Below, one piece after another: positions 42,144 through 51,327 of a stretch of 64,000 nt of DNA. The notes under the pieces were generated by a model. The model was given only the letters and a program-made list of their open reading frames with translations, was not told the DNA's origin and made no database searches. How positions within the stretch are numbered: the first letter of the stretch is position 1; every line of letters begins with the position of its first letter. The stretch spans positions 186,001 through 250,000 of IMG/VR virus record IMGVR_UViG_3300027793_000052. One strand, 5' to 3'. Position numbers and translations under genes: made by a program.

Positions 42144-42419
42144 TTATTTTAGATTTTTGGTTTTTTCTTTGATTTGTTTTACTTTTTCTAACTCTTCCTT
42201 CCAATGTTGGAGGTCTTTTTCGGCACCTTCAATACCTTCAGAGGCGTTTATTTCTGCCCTTGTTATTTTCAATTTAATCACTTCGATTAAATGTTCAACC
42301 TCTTCGGAGGTGGTTTGTTTTTTATCGTTTTGTTTAAACGACTCCAATATTTTGAATCCTGCATATACTGTAACTGTTATGAGACCCAAAATTACAAAAA
42401 ATATTAATAGCCTGAACAT
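42144..42419 (-). CDS. Single-TM coiled-coil protein (possible SPFH partner)
   Basis: N-terminal TM and charged helical tail; 1 nt from the SPFH start. Confidence 0.7.
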   Translation of the reverse strand: MFRLLIFFVILGLITVTVYAGFKILESFKQNDKKQTTSEEVEHLIEVIKLKITRAEINASEGIEGAEKDLQHWKEELEKVKQIKEKTKNLK

Positions 42420-42439
42420 ATTTTTTTATTTTTTTTTAA

Positions 42440-43120
42440 TTATTTAAAAGGAACTACTTCATCTATAATACCGTAAGCTAAAGCCTCTTTAGATGATAAC
42501 CATAAGTCACGACTAGCATCCTCCATAACTTGTTTAGGGTCCTTACCACAATATTCACCCAATAATTCAAAAAGGGTTTCATTGATTTTTTCCCATTCTT
42601 TCATTGTAATACGTGCGTCTTGGATGTTACCCATAGCACCACCACTAGATTGGTGTAACATTGTTCTAGAAAACCTTAAAGAACTTCTCATCCCTTTGGT
42701 GCCAGCACCTAACAATACTGAACCCATAGATGCTGCCATACCTGTGTTAATGGTAGCTATTGGTGCCTTTGTTACGGACATTGTATCCACTATAGATAAA
42801 CCTGACTTAACAGAACCACCTGGACTATCAATATGCATAGTAATTCTTTTCTTAGAATCTTGTTGATCCAAGAAAAGTAGTTGTGCTTGTACAATAGTCG
42901 ACATTCTGTCATTAACAGGTCCTGCCACCCAAAGGATACGGTCCATCATCAATCTGTCGAATACCGAAATTACTGTAGCGTTCATTTGTCTTTCTTCCAC
43001 AACTGCGGGTGTCATACTACCCTGAACCATTGGTATTTGTGACATAAAGGATTGGTATGCATGTAATGTGTTGGAACCAATATATTGGTCTTTGATTGCA
43101 AATTTTTCAAATTCTGTCAT
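42440..43120 (-). CDS. clpP: ATP-dependent Clp protease proteolytic subunit
   Basis: IDSPGGSV, GMAASMGS (catalytic Ser), MLHQ (His), RDLWLS (Asp), EALAYGIIDEV. Confidence 0.95.
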   Translation of the reverse strand: MTEFEKFAIKDQYIGSNTLHAYQSFMSQIPMVQGSMTPAVVEERQMNATVISVFDRLMMDRILWVAGPVNDRMSTIVQAQLLFLDQQDSKKRITMHIDSPGGSVKSGLSIVDTMSVTKAPIATINTGMAASMGSVLLGAGTKGMRSSLRFSRTMLHQSSGGAMGNIQDARITMKEWEKINETLFELLGEYCGKDPKQVMEDASRDLWLSSKEALAYGIIDEVVPFK

Positions 43121-43142
43121 ATTTTATTAATTTTTGTTTAGG

Positions 43143-43174
43143 TAAAGATATTTATAATAAAATTAATTGTCAAA
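43143..43174 (-). promoter_or_regulatory. Near-consensus Bacteroidota promoter for clpP operon (TTTG-N20-TATCTTTA)
   Basis: One mismatch in the -7 box; overlaps the plus-strand ATATTTAT at 43148-43155. Confidence 0.5.
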
Positions 43175-43185
43175 AAAATATACAC

Positions 43186-45705
43186 ATGATTACAAAAGCT
43201 GAGTTTGAAAAAGCAATGGAAATGGACCGTCAACAAACAATAAAGGAGTTGATGGAGAACTGTGACCTATTATTAAAAGGTAACCGTATGTTAACTGAAA
43301 ATAGATTATCAGAATCGGAATATATGGTTCTAGAAGAAGGTCTTTGGGAAAAGGTTAAATATGGTTTGGCTAAATTAGGTCGTTACAAAGCAGGTGGTAA
43401 AATATTCGGTAAAGGTAAGATAGACCAAGAGGCTGGGGCTAAAATACAAGCTATATTAGATAAAAAAGGTAATGAGGTTATTAAAGCTTTAGATACTAAA
43501 ATTAAAGAAGAAAACCCTGAATTTCCTAACAACGAAAAAGGTGAACAATTCTTAAAAACCGTTATGGAAATAGCGGCAGTATATGATTCTATAGTAGCTT
43601 CCACTAAGAAAAAACCTAACGAAAAAGGATTTTTACCGGCAGATGCGGCCAATTCAGTTATAGCTGATTTAGCCGAATATGTACAAAAATTCTTAGATGT
43701 CGACTTAGCTGCCGCATATACAGTTATGGATTCTGAAGAAGAAAAAGTAGATAAAGAAAATGGTAATGAGGAACTTTTAACTGATGAAGTAGAGGATATA
43801 AATGAGGACGAGGCTGAAGATGTTAGAACACAATTACAATCTAAAGCCGGTAAAAAAACCTACGATACTAAAAGAATGGGTGGTGAAGGTTTGGCATCAA
43901 ATAAATTACCTTTAGTATTGGCTGGATTAGGTGGGGCTTTAGGAGCATTAGGTTGGTTAGCACAAACTGATTTCATTAAAGAAATTATCATTAAAATTTT
44001 TGGTGGTGATATCAATGTAACCGATACTGAAAAAATAACAGAAATAATTAATGGTGGTAATCCAGATTCTGAAGGTTTTGTTCATTGGGCAAGTAAACTA
44101 ATGGGTAAGGACCTTAAAACTGGTGCTGATATTTCAGAATTTGTTAACAAGTTTGGTGCTGAAGATGTTAGTCATATGTTTGATGGTAATGGTGCCGGTG
44201 ATTCAATGACACAAGTTAAACAACTCCAACAATTAGTTGGTGGTGAAAACGCTGGTAAAAGTGTAGGTGAGTTGTTTCAATCAGAAACTTTTGGTGATAT
44301 GAAACAAGGTAGAAACTTGTTTGGTGTGTCTAAGTCGGCTAGTTTTGTTTCTAAAACAATAACAACTGTTGTTAAGAAAACAGTTGTTAAAGGTGCTGGT
44401 ACAGTTATTGCGGCTAAAGTGGCGGCAATAGGTTCTGTTTTAGCCCCAATAGGTATCGCTTTAATAGGTACAGGTGCTTTAGTTAAACTTATGAGGATGA
44501 AAGGTTTAAAACAATCTAGAGCTAAAACACTTAACGATTTACTTCAATCATTACAACCTGTAGAAGCGGGTGAAGCTACAACAGTTCCAATATTACCGGA
44601 TCCTAAACCAAATCCAACGAAAGAAGGTGGTAACGGTAAGAACGATAAAGAAGGTTTATACAACGATTTATTAGGGTTTTTCAAATATACATATAACAAT
44701 AGAAAAATAGGTGGTGTGGAATCATCTGATGATGTCGAAAACACCAGTGATATTCAAGTTGGTAAAGAATATTTCTATACTAATAAGAAAGGTGAAAAAA
44801 ATGTTGTTAAAGTTGTTTCACTATCTAACCAATATAAAGCTGGTGATGATAAAAAATTCGGTACTAATGATGATGAAAAATTAGATAGTATAGAACCTGG
44901 TACAGCTTTCGTTGTGTTTAAAAAACCTAATAACACGTATGGTAACGAACCTGCCAGGGCTGTAAATAAAAAACAATTATCAACAGAAAACATAATGAGT
45001 AACAAAGATGTCATTAACGAAGGTAAATTCATAAAAGACCCACAAGTTATAAAAATATTAGAAAAGAATAAAGGTATAGATAAAAATAAGTTGGCCTTTT
45101 TCGATAACTTCCTAAGAAGAGTAGAGGTTATTAGAAACAAGGTTAATAAGATGGGTAATACTGGTGATAATGTTCTAGACAAGTTTATACAAAAATTAAA
45201 ATCTAACCCACTAATGACAAAAGATTTTGTTAAAACATTTAGTGTTGATCCTAACAACCAACAGAACGTTGAGGCAATGGGTGATTTCATTAATGATATT
45301 ATTGAAATTGTTTATAAAGGTAGATTTAGAGGTGCTAAAATAGAGGATGTAGCTAAAGGTGTCACAACCTTCAATAAAGAAGGTGGTGCCGTTGAGAAAA
45401 TGGGTAAACTAGGTGGTGGTAATATTAATAAGGTTGGTGTGGAGGAATCTTATTTAGTCGAAAGAAAGGGTAAGAAAGCTAAAGCTAAAAGTACCTTTAA
45501 AAACCATATAATAAGTTTCATCACAGACTTAATGGGAATGTTCCAATATATGACAAAACTTAAAAAACAAGGTAAATTATCATCTGACGGTGGTAAAAAA
45601 GAAAGTAAACCTAAACAAGAACCTAAACCACAACAAGAATCTAAAATTTTTACTAATAAAGTCTTACTAGAAGAAATAAGTAGAATTAAAAAATTAATGA
45701 AATAA
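43186..45705 (+). CDS. Large hypothetical protein with hydrophobic hairpins (putative internal/ejected protein)
   Basis: Start moved to ATG 43186, downstream of the ATATTTAT motif; Gly/Ala-rich hydrophobic helices; C-terminal LLEEISRIKKLMK. Confidence 0.75.
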   Translation: MITKAEFEKAMEMDRQQTIKELMENCDLLLKGNRMLTENRLSESEYMVLEEGLWEKVKYGLAKLGRYKAGGKIFGKGKIDQEAGAKIQAILDKKGNEVIKALDTKIKEENPEFPNNEKGEQFLKTVMEIAAVYDSIVASTKKKPNEKGFLPADAANSVIADLAEYVQKFLDVDLAAAYTVMDSEEEKVDKENGNEELLTDEVEDINEDEAEDVRTQLQSKAGKKTYDTKRMGGEGLASNKLPLVLAGLGGALGALGWLAQTDFIKEIIIKIFGGDINVTDTEKITEIINGGNPDSEGFVHWASKLMGKDLKTGADISEFVNKFGAEDVSHMFDGNGAGDSMTQVKQLQQLVGGENAGKSVGELFQSETFGDMKQGRNLFGVSKSASFVSKTITTVVKKTVVKGAGTVIAAKVAAIGSVLAPIGIALIGTGALVKLMRMKGLKQSRAKTLNDLLQSLQPVEAGEATTVPILPDPKPNPTKEGGNGKNDKEGLYNDLLGFFKYTYNNRKIGGVESSDDVENTSDIQVGKEYFYTNKKGEKNVVKVVSLSNQYKAGDDKKFGTNDDEKLDSIEPGTAFVVFKKPNNTYGNEPARAVNKKQLSTENIMSNKDVINEGKFIKDPQVIKILEKNKGIDKNKLAFFDNFLRRVEVIRNKVNKMGNTGDNVLDKFIQKLKSNPLMTKDFVKTFSVDPNNQQNVEAMGDFINDIIEIVYKGRFRGAKIEDVAKGVTTFNKEGGAVEKMGKLGGGNINKVGVEESYLVERKGKKAKAKSTFKNHIISFITDLMGMFQYMTKLKKQGKLSSDGGKKESKPKQEPKPQQESKIFTNKVLLEEISRIKKLMK

Positions 45706-45762
45706 AAAATAAAATTTCAGCATATTTATAATAAAAGATAACACATTAAAAAATAAAATACC

Positions 45763-46251
45763 ATGGCAGATTTATTAATGAGAATGCCGGTTCCATACGA
45801 ACCAAAAAAACAAAATAGATTTATATTAAGATTCCCATCACCACTAGGTATTCAGGAATGGTTTGTTAAAGCAGCTTCAAGACCTAAATACACGTCACAA
45901 GAAACTGAAATTCAGTTCTTAAACACATCTACTTTTGTAACAGGTAGATTTACTTGGGAAACTATAAGTGTAACATTCCGTGACCCTATTGGTCCATCGG
46001 CGGCACAAGCTTTAATGGAATGGGTTCGTCTTCATTCTGAATCCGTAACTGGTAGACAAGGATACGCTGCTGGATACAAGAAAGATGTTGAATTAGAATT
46101 ACTAGATCCAACAGGTGTTGTTATAGAAAAATGGATTTTACAAGGTACAATGTTAAATGATGTAGATTTCGGTTCTTTGGCCTATGATGCTAATGATATA
46201 GCTGAAATTACAGCAACTTTACGTTTCGATAGAGCTATACACGTATTCTAA
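45763..46251 (+). CDS. Tail tube protein (T4 gp19-like)
   Basis: EPKKQNRF, RP......EI.FLN, GR..WE.ISVTFRD, W.R...E...G..GY...YKKD.EL.LLDPTG...EKW.L.G, F.FD.A. Confidence 0.93.
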   Translation: MADLLMRMPVPYEPKKQNRFILRFPSPLGIQEWFVKAASRPKYTSQETEIQFLNTSTFVTGRFTWETISVTFRDPIGPSAAQALMEWVRLHSESVTGRQGYAAGYKKDVELELLDPTGVVIEKWILQGTMLNDVDFGSLAYDANDIAEITATLRFDRAIHVF

Positions 46252-46268
46252 AAATTATTTGTCATATA

Positions 46269-46300
46269 CTTGACAACCAAAATGAAAGTTCATATATTTG
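46269..46300 (+). promoter_or_regulatory. Bacteroidota-type promoter (CTTG-N20-TATATTTG)
   Basis: Exact -7 box 5 nt upstream of ATG 46306. Confidence 0.6.
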
Positions 46301-46305
46301 TATAT

Positions 46306-47889
46306 ATGGACTTTTCTTTTTTTATAACAGACAATAAATCTGGTCATAAGACCAAAGAGTCGTGGTTTTCTAAAAACCACCCAAAGGAATATCAAGCGGT
46401 GATTGATTATTGTGGTAGTAAATTACCAACAGATTCTTCTTTCAAAGAGAAGGTTTGGGTTTATTTCAACGCACTAGATGGTAGACCTTGTTGTGAATCC
46501 TGTGGTTCAACGGTTAAATTTTCGGAAAGGTTCGATAGAGGTTACAATCAGTTTTGTTCGTTGGATTGTGCTAACAAGAGTGGTTTATTAATAGATAAAA
46601 TTAAAAAGTCCAACCTAGAAAACCACGGTGTTGAATTTTACACCCAACACAAAGATTTTGTTGGTAAGCAGAAAAAAACTAAATCAGTTAGATACGGTAA
46701 TGAAAACTATAATAACGTAGGAAAAATGTTATCCACCAAGTTGGATAAATATGGTAATACAAATTATAACAATTTTGACTTATATAAGAAGACGTGTTTA
46801 AATAAATACGGTGAAGATAATTTCTGTAAAACAAAACAATATAGGGATTTATTAAAGAATAAAATTAAGGAAAGATACCCTAATTTAAATATTAAAAATA
46901 TTTCAGAAGATTTATCGGAATTGGAGATTTTGTGTGACGATTGTCACACCGAATATAAGATATCCCAAAGTTTACTTAGAGAACGTGTTAAACACAAATA
47001 TGTTAATTGTACTAACTGTAATCCTGTTGGTATGTCCTTTTCTTCCTCTTATGAAGATGAGTTATCTAAGATATTAAATGAGTGGGGTGTGGCACATTTA
47101 AGACACACCAAAATACCTGGTACTAAGTTAGAATTAGATATTTTAATACCACAAATTAACCTCGCCATCGAATTCAATGGGTTATTTTGGCATAACGAAC
47201 TTTTTGTTAACACTGAGTATCATTTAAATAAGACGGAATTGTGTGATAAAAACGGAATGGATTTAATACATATATTTGAGGACGAGTGGTTGTATAAAAA
47301 AGATGTGGTACTATCTATAATAAAAAACAAATTAGGGTTGATTACCCAAAGGGTATATGCCAGAAATTGTAGGATTAAATTAGTAACAAGTGGTCAACAT
47401 AAAGATTTTTTAGAGGATAATCACATACAAGGTTCTGTCAACACAACAATCAAATTGGGTTTATTCTATGGTGACGAATTAGTTTCATTAATGACCTTTG
47501 GTAGACGAAATGGTATTGGTAAAACTATAGATTGGGAACTTATTAGATTTTGTAATAAAAAAGATACGATCGTTGTTGGTTCAGCATCTAAGTTATTTAA
47601 ATATTTTATAAAAAACTATGAACCTAAAAATGTTATCTCTTACTCTGATAGAAGGTGGTTTTCGGGTGAATTATATCAATTGTTAGGGTTTAAACCAACA
47701 ACACCATCTCAACCAAATTATTGGTACGTTAATAATACGATTAGATACCATAGATTAAATTTCAAGAAAAACGTTTTGGTTAAACAAGGGTTTGATAAAA
47801 ACAAATCTGAACGTGAAATAATGTTTGAACGTGGATATTACCGTATATATGATTGTGGTAATATAAGATGGGAATATTTTTCTGAATAG
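46306..47889 (+). mobile_element. Putative free-standing endonuclease (Zn-finger + PD-(D/E)xK-like + GNAT/Mom-like), copy 2
   Basis: CESCG/FCSLDC; KYG repeats; ELDILIPQINLAIEFNGLFWH; YARNC...HIQG...WELIRFC...RIYDCG. Start set at MDFSFF (46306), after the promoter. Confidence 0.75.
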
Positions 47890-47924
47890 AAGAATATTTA
47901 TCAAATAGATATATTTCTAACGAA

Positions 47925-48353
47925 ATGAAAAAATTTATATTAACTTTTTTATTTTTCTTTATTTGTTTAACTTCTTTATGTCAAACAAATTATATTTTTA
48001 CGACCAAAGAATATAATACTTGGAAAGTTTCTGGTAACCCTATTTGTGGTGTGGGCAATGCTTATTGTACCGTGATTAGAAGTAACCAGCCCAATATTTA
48101 CGGTAATTATATATATGAAATATATTTTGCCACAAATTCTTATTTTGTTAATTGCCAAGTTTCTAGAACTTATATTCCAAACATATATGTCTACTATTAT
48201 GATGATAAATTAAACAAATATTTATTACCATTAAATTTTTACCCTTTTTGGATAACTGTCGGTAGTACAAGTTTAGTTTATACATTGTATCACCCCAACC
48301 CCTATTTAAAATTAACCATTTCGGTGGGTAAAATGGAACCAACAAATTATTAA
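47925..48353 (+). CDS. Secreted/periplasmic protein with Sec signal peptide
   Basis: MKKFILTFLFFFICLTSLC followed by Q. Confidence 0.7.
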   Translation: MKKFILTFLFFFICLTSLCQTNYIFTTKEYNTWKVSGNPICGVGNAYCTVIRSNQPNIYGNYIYEIYFATNSYFVNCQVSRTYIPNIYVYYYDDKLNKYLLPLNFYPFWITVGSTSLVYTLYHPNPYLKLTISVGKMEPTNY

Positions 48354-48355
48354 AA

Positions 48356-48736
48356 ATGTCAAATAATATACAAGATAATGAGGTAAATATCGGTCCCCAA
48401 AAAATTGGTCCCAATACCGTAATTCAAATAAATTTAAAAACTTTATTAACATTATTAGGTATTTTGGGGTCTGGGCTTTTTTATCTTTGGTCTGACATAA
48501 GTAATAAGGTTGAGGCTTATAATAAATCCAATTATGACCAAATAGAAACTTTGAAGGATGAAATTAGGTCAATAAAGGATCAAGATTTAAAAACAATTTC
48601 AATTCAATTAAATCAAGTTGATGGTAAGGTTCAAGGAATTTTTATGAATGTTCAACGAGATATTTATAATCCAAATACTGTTGTAAATACCAATCGTCAA
48701 CCTGAAAATATAATAAAACCTAATAGTCCAAAATAA
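48356..48736 (+). CDS. Single-TM coiled-coil membrane protein
   Basis: LLTLLGILGSGLFYLW followed by a heptad-like segment. Confidence 0.7.
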   Translation: MSNNIQDNEVNIGPQKIGPNTVIQINLKTLLTLLGILGSGLFYLWSDISNKVEAYNKSNYDQIETLKDEIRSIKDQDLKTISIQLNQVDGKVQGIFMNVQRDIYNPNTVVNTNRQPENIIKPNSPK

Positions 48737-48744
48737 TATTTCAT

Positions 48745-49149
48745 ATGAATATTAAACATATAATTAAGGAACAACTTATTCTAGAGAAAAAGATAGCTCA
48801 GATAACCGCTAACCTCATAATTAATTTTGATTTAAGACATGACGAGAGAAGTGAACATGGTCAAGACAGAAAGTGGAGACATGTTGGCAAAGCTGGTGGT
48901 GAAAGAATATATGATAGTAATATAAAAGATCTTATTGAATGGGCTAAAAACGATATAAGTTTTAATATAGCAATGGAACAAATTCAAGACAATGTACGTT
49001 TTATTGTTTCACAAAAAAATTCACCATATTTAAATGTTATAATAGAACCAAAAATGAAAAATCCTTATGATTGGGTTCTTAGTGTCATCACTGTCATGAA
49101 TAAACAAGATTTCGATATAGGTCGAGGACAATTACAAATATTTGTATAA
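48745..49149 (+). CDS. Putative RelE/BECR-fold ribonuclease-like protein with N-terminal IIKE motif
   Basis: EHGQDRKWRH (H-x-x-x-R-x-x-R) and C-terminal VITVM pattern. Confidence 0.45.
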   Translation: MNIKHIIKEQLILEKKIAQITANLIINFDLRHDERSEHGQDRKWRHVGKAGGERIYDSNIKDLIEWAKNDISFNIAMEQIQDNVRFIVSQKNSPYLNVIIEPKMKNPYDWVLSVITVMNKQDFDIGRGQLQIFV

Positions 49150-49150
49150 T

Positions 49151-49187
49151 TAAAAACCCCACTAGTATTCTGACTGTGGGGTTTTTA
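49151..49187. terminator. Bidirectional terminator
   Basis: TAAAAACCCCAC-N13-GTGGGGTTTTTA. Confidence 0.85.
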
Positions 49188-49295
49188 TTTTTCACCATTA
49201 ATATCCGTTAATGATTGAGGAGTTTCACCTTGACGTTTCGTGTCATTACGTTGATTAGGTTCAAGGGACTAACCAATTCAACCCTGTTTCTTTAA
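49151..49295 (-). ncRNA. Candidate ~145-nt small RNA (or 12-aa micropeptide mRNA)
   Basis: Bounded by a consensus promoter (49301-49331) and a terminator; the only ATG-initiated ORF is MTRNVKVKLLNH (49246-49208); several potential stems. Confidence 0.45.
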
Positions 49296-49300
49296 CAATA

Positions 49301-49331
49301 CAAATATAAATATCTTTTAATTAATGGCAAA
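49301..49331 (-). promoter_or_regulatory. Bacteroidota-type promoter (TTTG-N19-TATATTTG)
   Basis: Exact consensus; overlaps a same-strand ATATTTAT at 49306-49313. Confidence 0.75.
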
Positions 49332-49362
49332 ATTTTTTCAATAAAAAAGATATTTATATGAT

Positions 49363-49845
49363 ATGAAAGATTTAATTCGTAAAATATTAAAAGAAAACGA
49401 AGATGAGTTTGGTTGGGTTGAGGCTGACGAACATTCAATAGAACAAGGAAAAAAAATTGTTTATGAAAAATGGCGTCAAATTGAAATGGATTTTGGTGCT
49501 GATTTGGAAGATGTTTTTGATGAATTGAAAGATTTTGGTGTATACGACCCTAAACAATTATTAAGTATGGCTGAAATATTGTACGATCAATTTCAAGAAG
49601 TTCACGATAACGGACATCGTGATGGTTATGATTCTGGTATGGATAATTGTACTTGTGATGGTTGTTGTGATGATTATATATGGTATGAAACTCATGAAGA
49701 AGAAGTTGAGGAAGCGAGGGAAGAAGGTTATGAAAGGGGTAAAGAAGAAAGTGAATCCGAAATAGAAGAATTAAAATCTAGAATAGAAGAATTAGAAAGT
49801 CAATTAAATGAAAACATTAATAAAAAAAATACTAAGAGAATCTGA
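49363..49845 (+). CDS. Acidic hypothetical protein with MKDLIRKILKE motif
   Basis: ORF; CTCDGCC cluster; C-terminal coiled coil. Confidence 0.75.
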   Translation: MKDLIRKILKENEDEFGWVEADEHSIEQGKKIVYEKWRQIEMDFGADLEDVFDELKDFGVYDPKQLLSMAEILYDQFQEVHDNGHRDGYDSGMDNCTCDGCCDDYIWYETHEEEVEEAREEGYERGKEESESEIEELKSRIEELESQLNENINKKNTKRI

Positions 49846-50284
49846 TTTTGAATGGGCTAATGAGTTCATTAATAATGAAACTCTGCCTTTTGAAATTGTC
49901 AAAGAACCCTTAAACAAACCACAAAAAAGTAATCTTTTTGTTATGAAAACAGAGTGGGAATATGCTGATACATATCTTAGGGAAGAATTTGTTTTTCATT
50001 CTGAAGATCCAAAAGAATTTGAAACTTTTGTTAATGTTTGTAAATTTTATTTGGTTCTATTGGATTCTCGTGGTTATAGTATATGGAAAGATGTGTCGGT
50101 ATTAGCCAAAAGTATTGATTTGGCTTTGGGGTCTTATGATGACGAAGACGCCTATGGTACATCTAAAGACATGTCAGATTTTGTTGCTGGTTCTGATGTT
50201 CCAGCTTATCTTGAAAGTGTTGAAATTTCTTATTTTGATGAAGGTGGTGTTGAATATGAAGTTAGATTAAAAGAACCTGATTAA
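49808..50284 (+). CDS. Acidic hypothetical protein with MKTLIKKILRE motif
   Basis: ORF overlapping the previous gene by 38 nt; shares IL-x-E...F-x-W N-terminus. Confidence 0.75.
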   Translation: MKTLIKKILRESDFEWANEFINNETLPFEIVKEPLNKPQKSNLFVMKTEWEYADTYLREEFVFHSEDPKEFETFVNVCKFYLVLLDSRGYSIWKDVSVLAKSIDLALGSYDDEDAYGTSKDMSDFVAGSDVPAYLESVEISYFDEGGVEYEVRLKEPD

Positions 50285-50285
50285 C

Positions 50286-50315
50286 AAAAAAAGGGACCGT
50301 TAAGTCCCCATTTTT
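50286..50315. terminator. Probable bidirectional terminator
   Basis: A7-GGGAC-N6-GTCCC-CA-T5 between convergent genes. Confidence 0.6.
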
Positions 50316-51306
50316 ACCAATCAAAATCGTATTTGGATTTATCATCATAATTACCACCGTTATAATAAGGATTTTTATTACTTCTATCTGATCCTAGAAA
50401 CTCTCCATTATTGAATAATAAATCAAAATCATCGTCATCATCTAAGTCATTAAAAAAATCACTTTTTTTTTCTTCATTTAATAAACCTCTATTGTTTGAG
50501 TTACTAAAAGAATAGGTTTTTTCTTGTTTACGATTTTCATATTTTTCTTCACCCAATTCAGATATTAATTTAAGACCTAATTCAAAACCGTTTTGGACAT
50601 CGTCGATAATAACATATTCATGGTCAGTATGATAACGATAATAGCCGGCCGCTAAGTTAAGACAAGCTATATCAAATTTCCCAACAATTTGCCAAGCGTC
50701 AGTGTAAGGGTGGTATGCCCAATCATCAATTCCAGCTTCTGTAATTAAACCCGTAACCTTGTTAGCGAATTCACTTTCTTGATTAAATAAGTAACGTCCC
50801 ATAAGTGTTAAACTCATGGAATTACCTTCAGGTGAGTCGTATTGAATACCATAACCAACATTCTTAAAGAATTCAGGGTCAGCGTACTTACTACCTTGAC
50901 ACCCTATTTCTTCAGATACAAAGAAAGCTGCCTTAACGTTTTCTAATGTGTCTAACATCTCTAAACATAGAAACACCCCACACTTGTCATCACCACCGAT
51001 ACCTGACGGTTGTTTGGTCTTACCATCAATACCTCTAAGTATTTGTTTACCGTCCTTAACTTCTTCAACCACTTTTAGGTTTAAGTTAACTCTGTGCACA
51101 GTATCAGTATGTGAAATAAAACATGGGTACCATTCAGCTTTACCTTTGGTTGCGTAAATATTACCGTGTGTGTCTGTATAATGTTCTATACCTTTTTCTG
51201 TTAGAACTTTCTGAAGATACTCAATCATTAACTTCTCATTTCTAGAATGAGTAGGTACTGATAGTACTTCTTTTAAACGATTGAGTTTTTCTTGTGTCAT
51301 TTTCAT
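50314..51306 (-). CDS. Zinc aminopeptidase, M28/M42/M20-like
   Basis: SHTDTV, GGDDKCG, SEEIG, QYD and YHTDHE metal-ligand motifs. Confidence 0.88.
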   Translation of the reverse strand: MKMTQEKLNRLKEVLSVPTHSRNEKLMIEYLQKVLTEKGIEHYTDTHGNIYATKGKAEWYPCFISHTDTVHRVNLNLKVVEEVKDGKQILRGIDGKTKQPSGIGGDDKCGVFLCLEMLDTLENVKAAFFVSEEIGCQGSKYADPEFFKNVGYGIQYDSPEGNSMSLTLMGRYLFNQESEFANKVTGLITEAGIDDWAYHPYTDAWQIVGKFDIACLNLAAGYYRYHTDHEYVIIDDVQNGFELGLKLISELGEEKYENRKQEKTYSFSNSNNRGLLNEEKKSDFFNDLDDDDDFDLLFNNGEFLGSDRSNKNPYYNGGNYDDKSKYDFDW

Positions 51307-51327
51307 CTTTGATTCTATTTGTTATTA

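Noticed and set aside
49200-49295. Hammerhead, twister or pistol ribozyme in the candidate sRNA (two GAAAC motifs)
   Set aside because: No CUGANGA core or other complete ribozyme consensus could be matched on either strand by eye.
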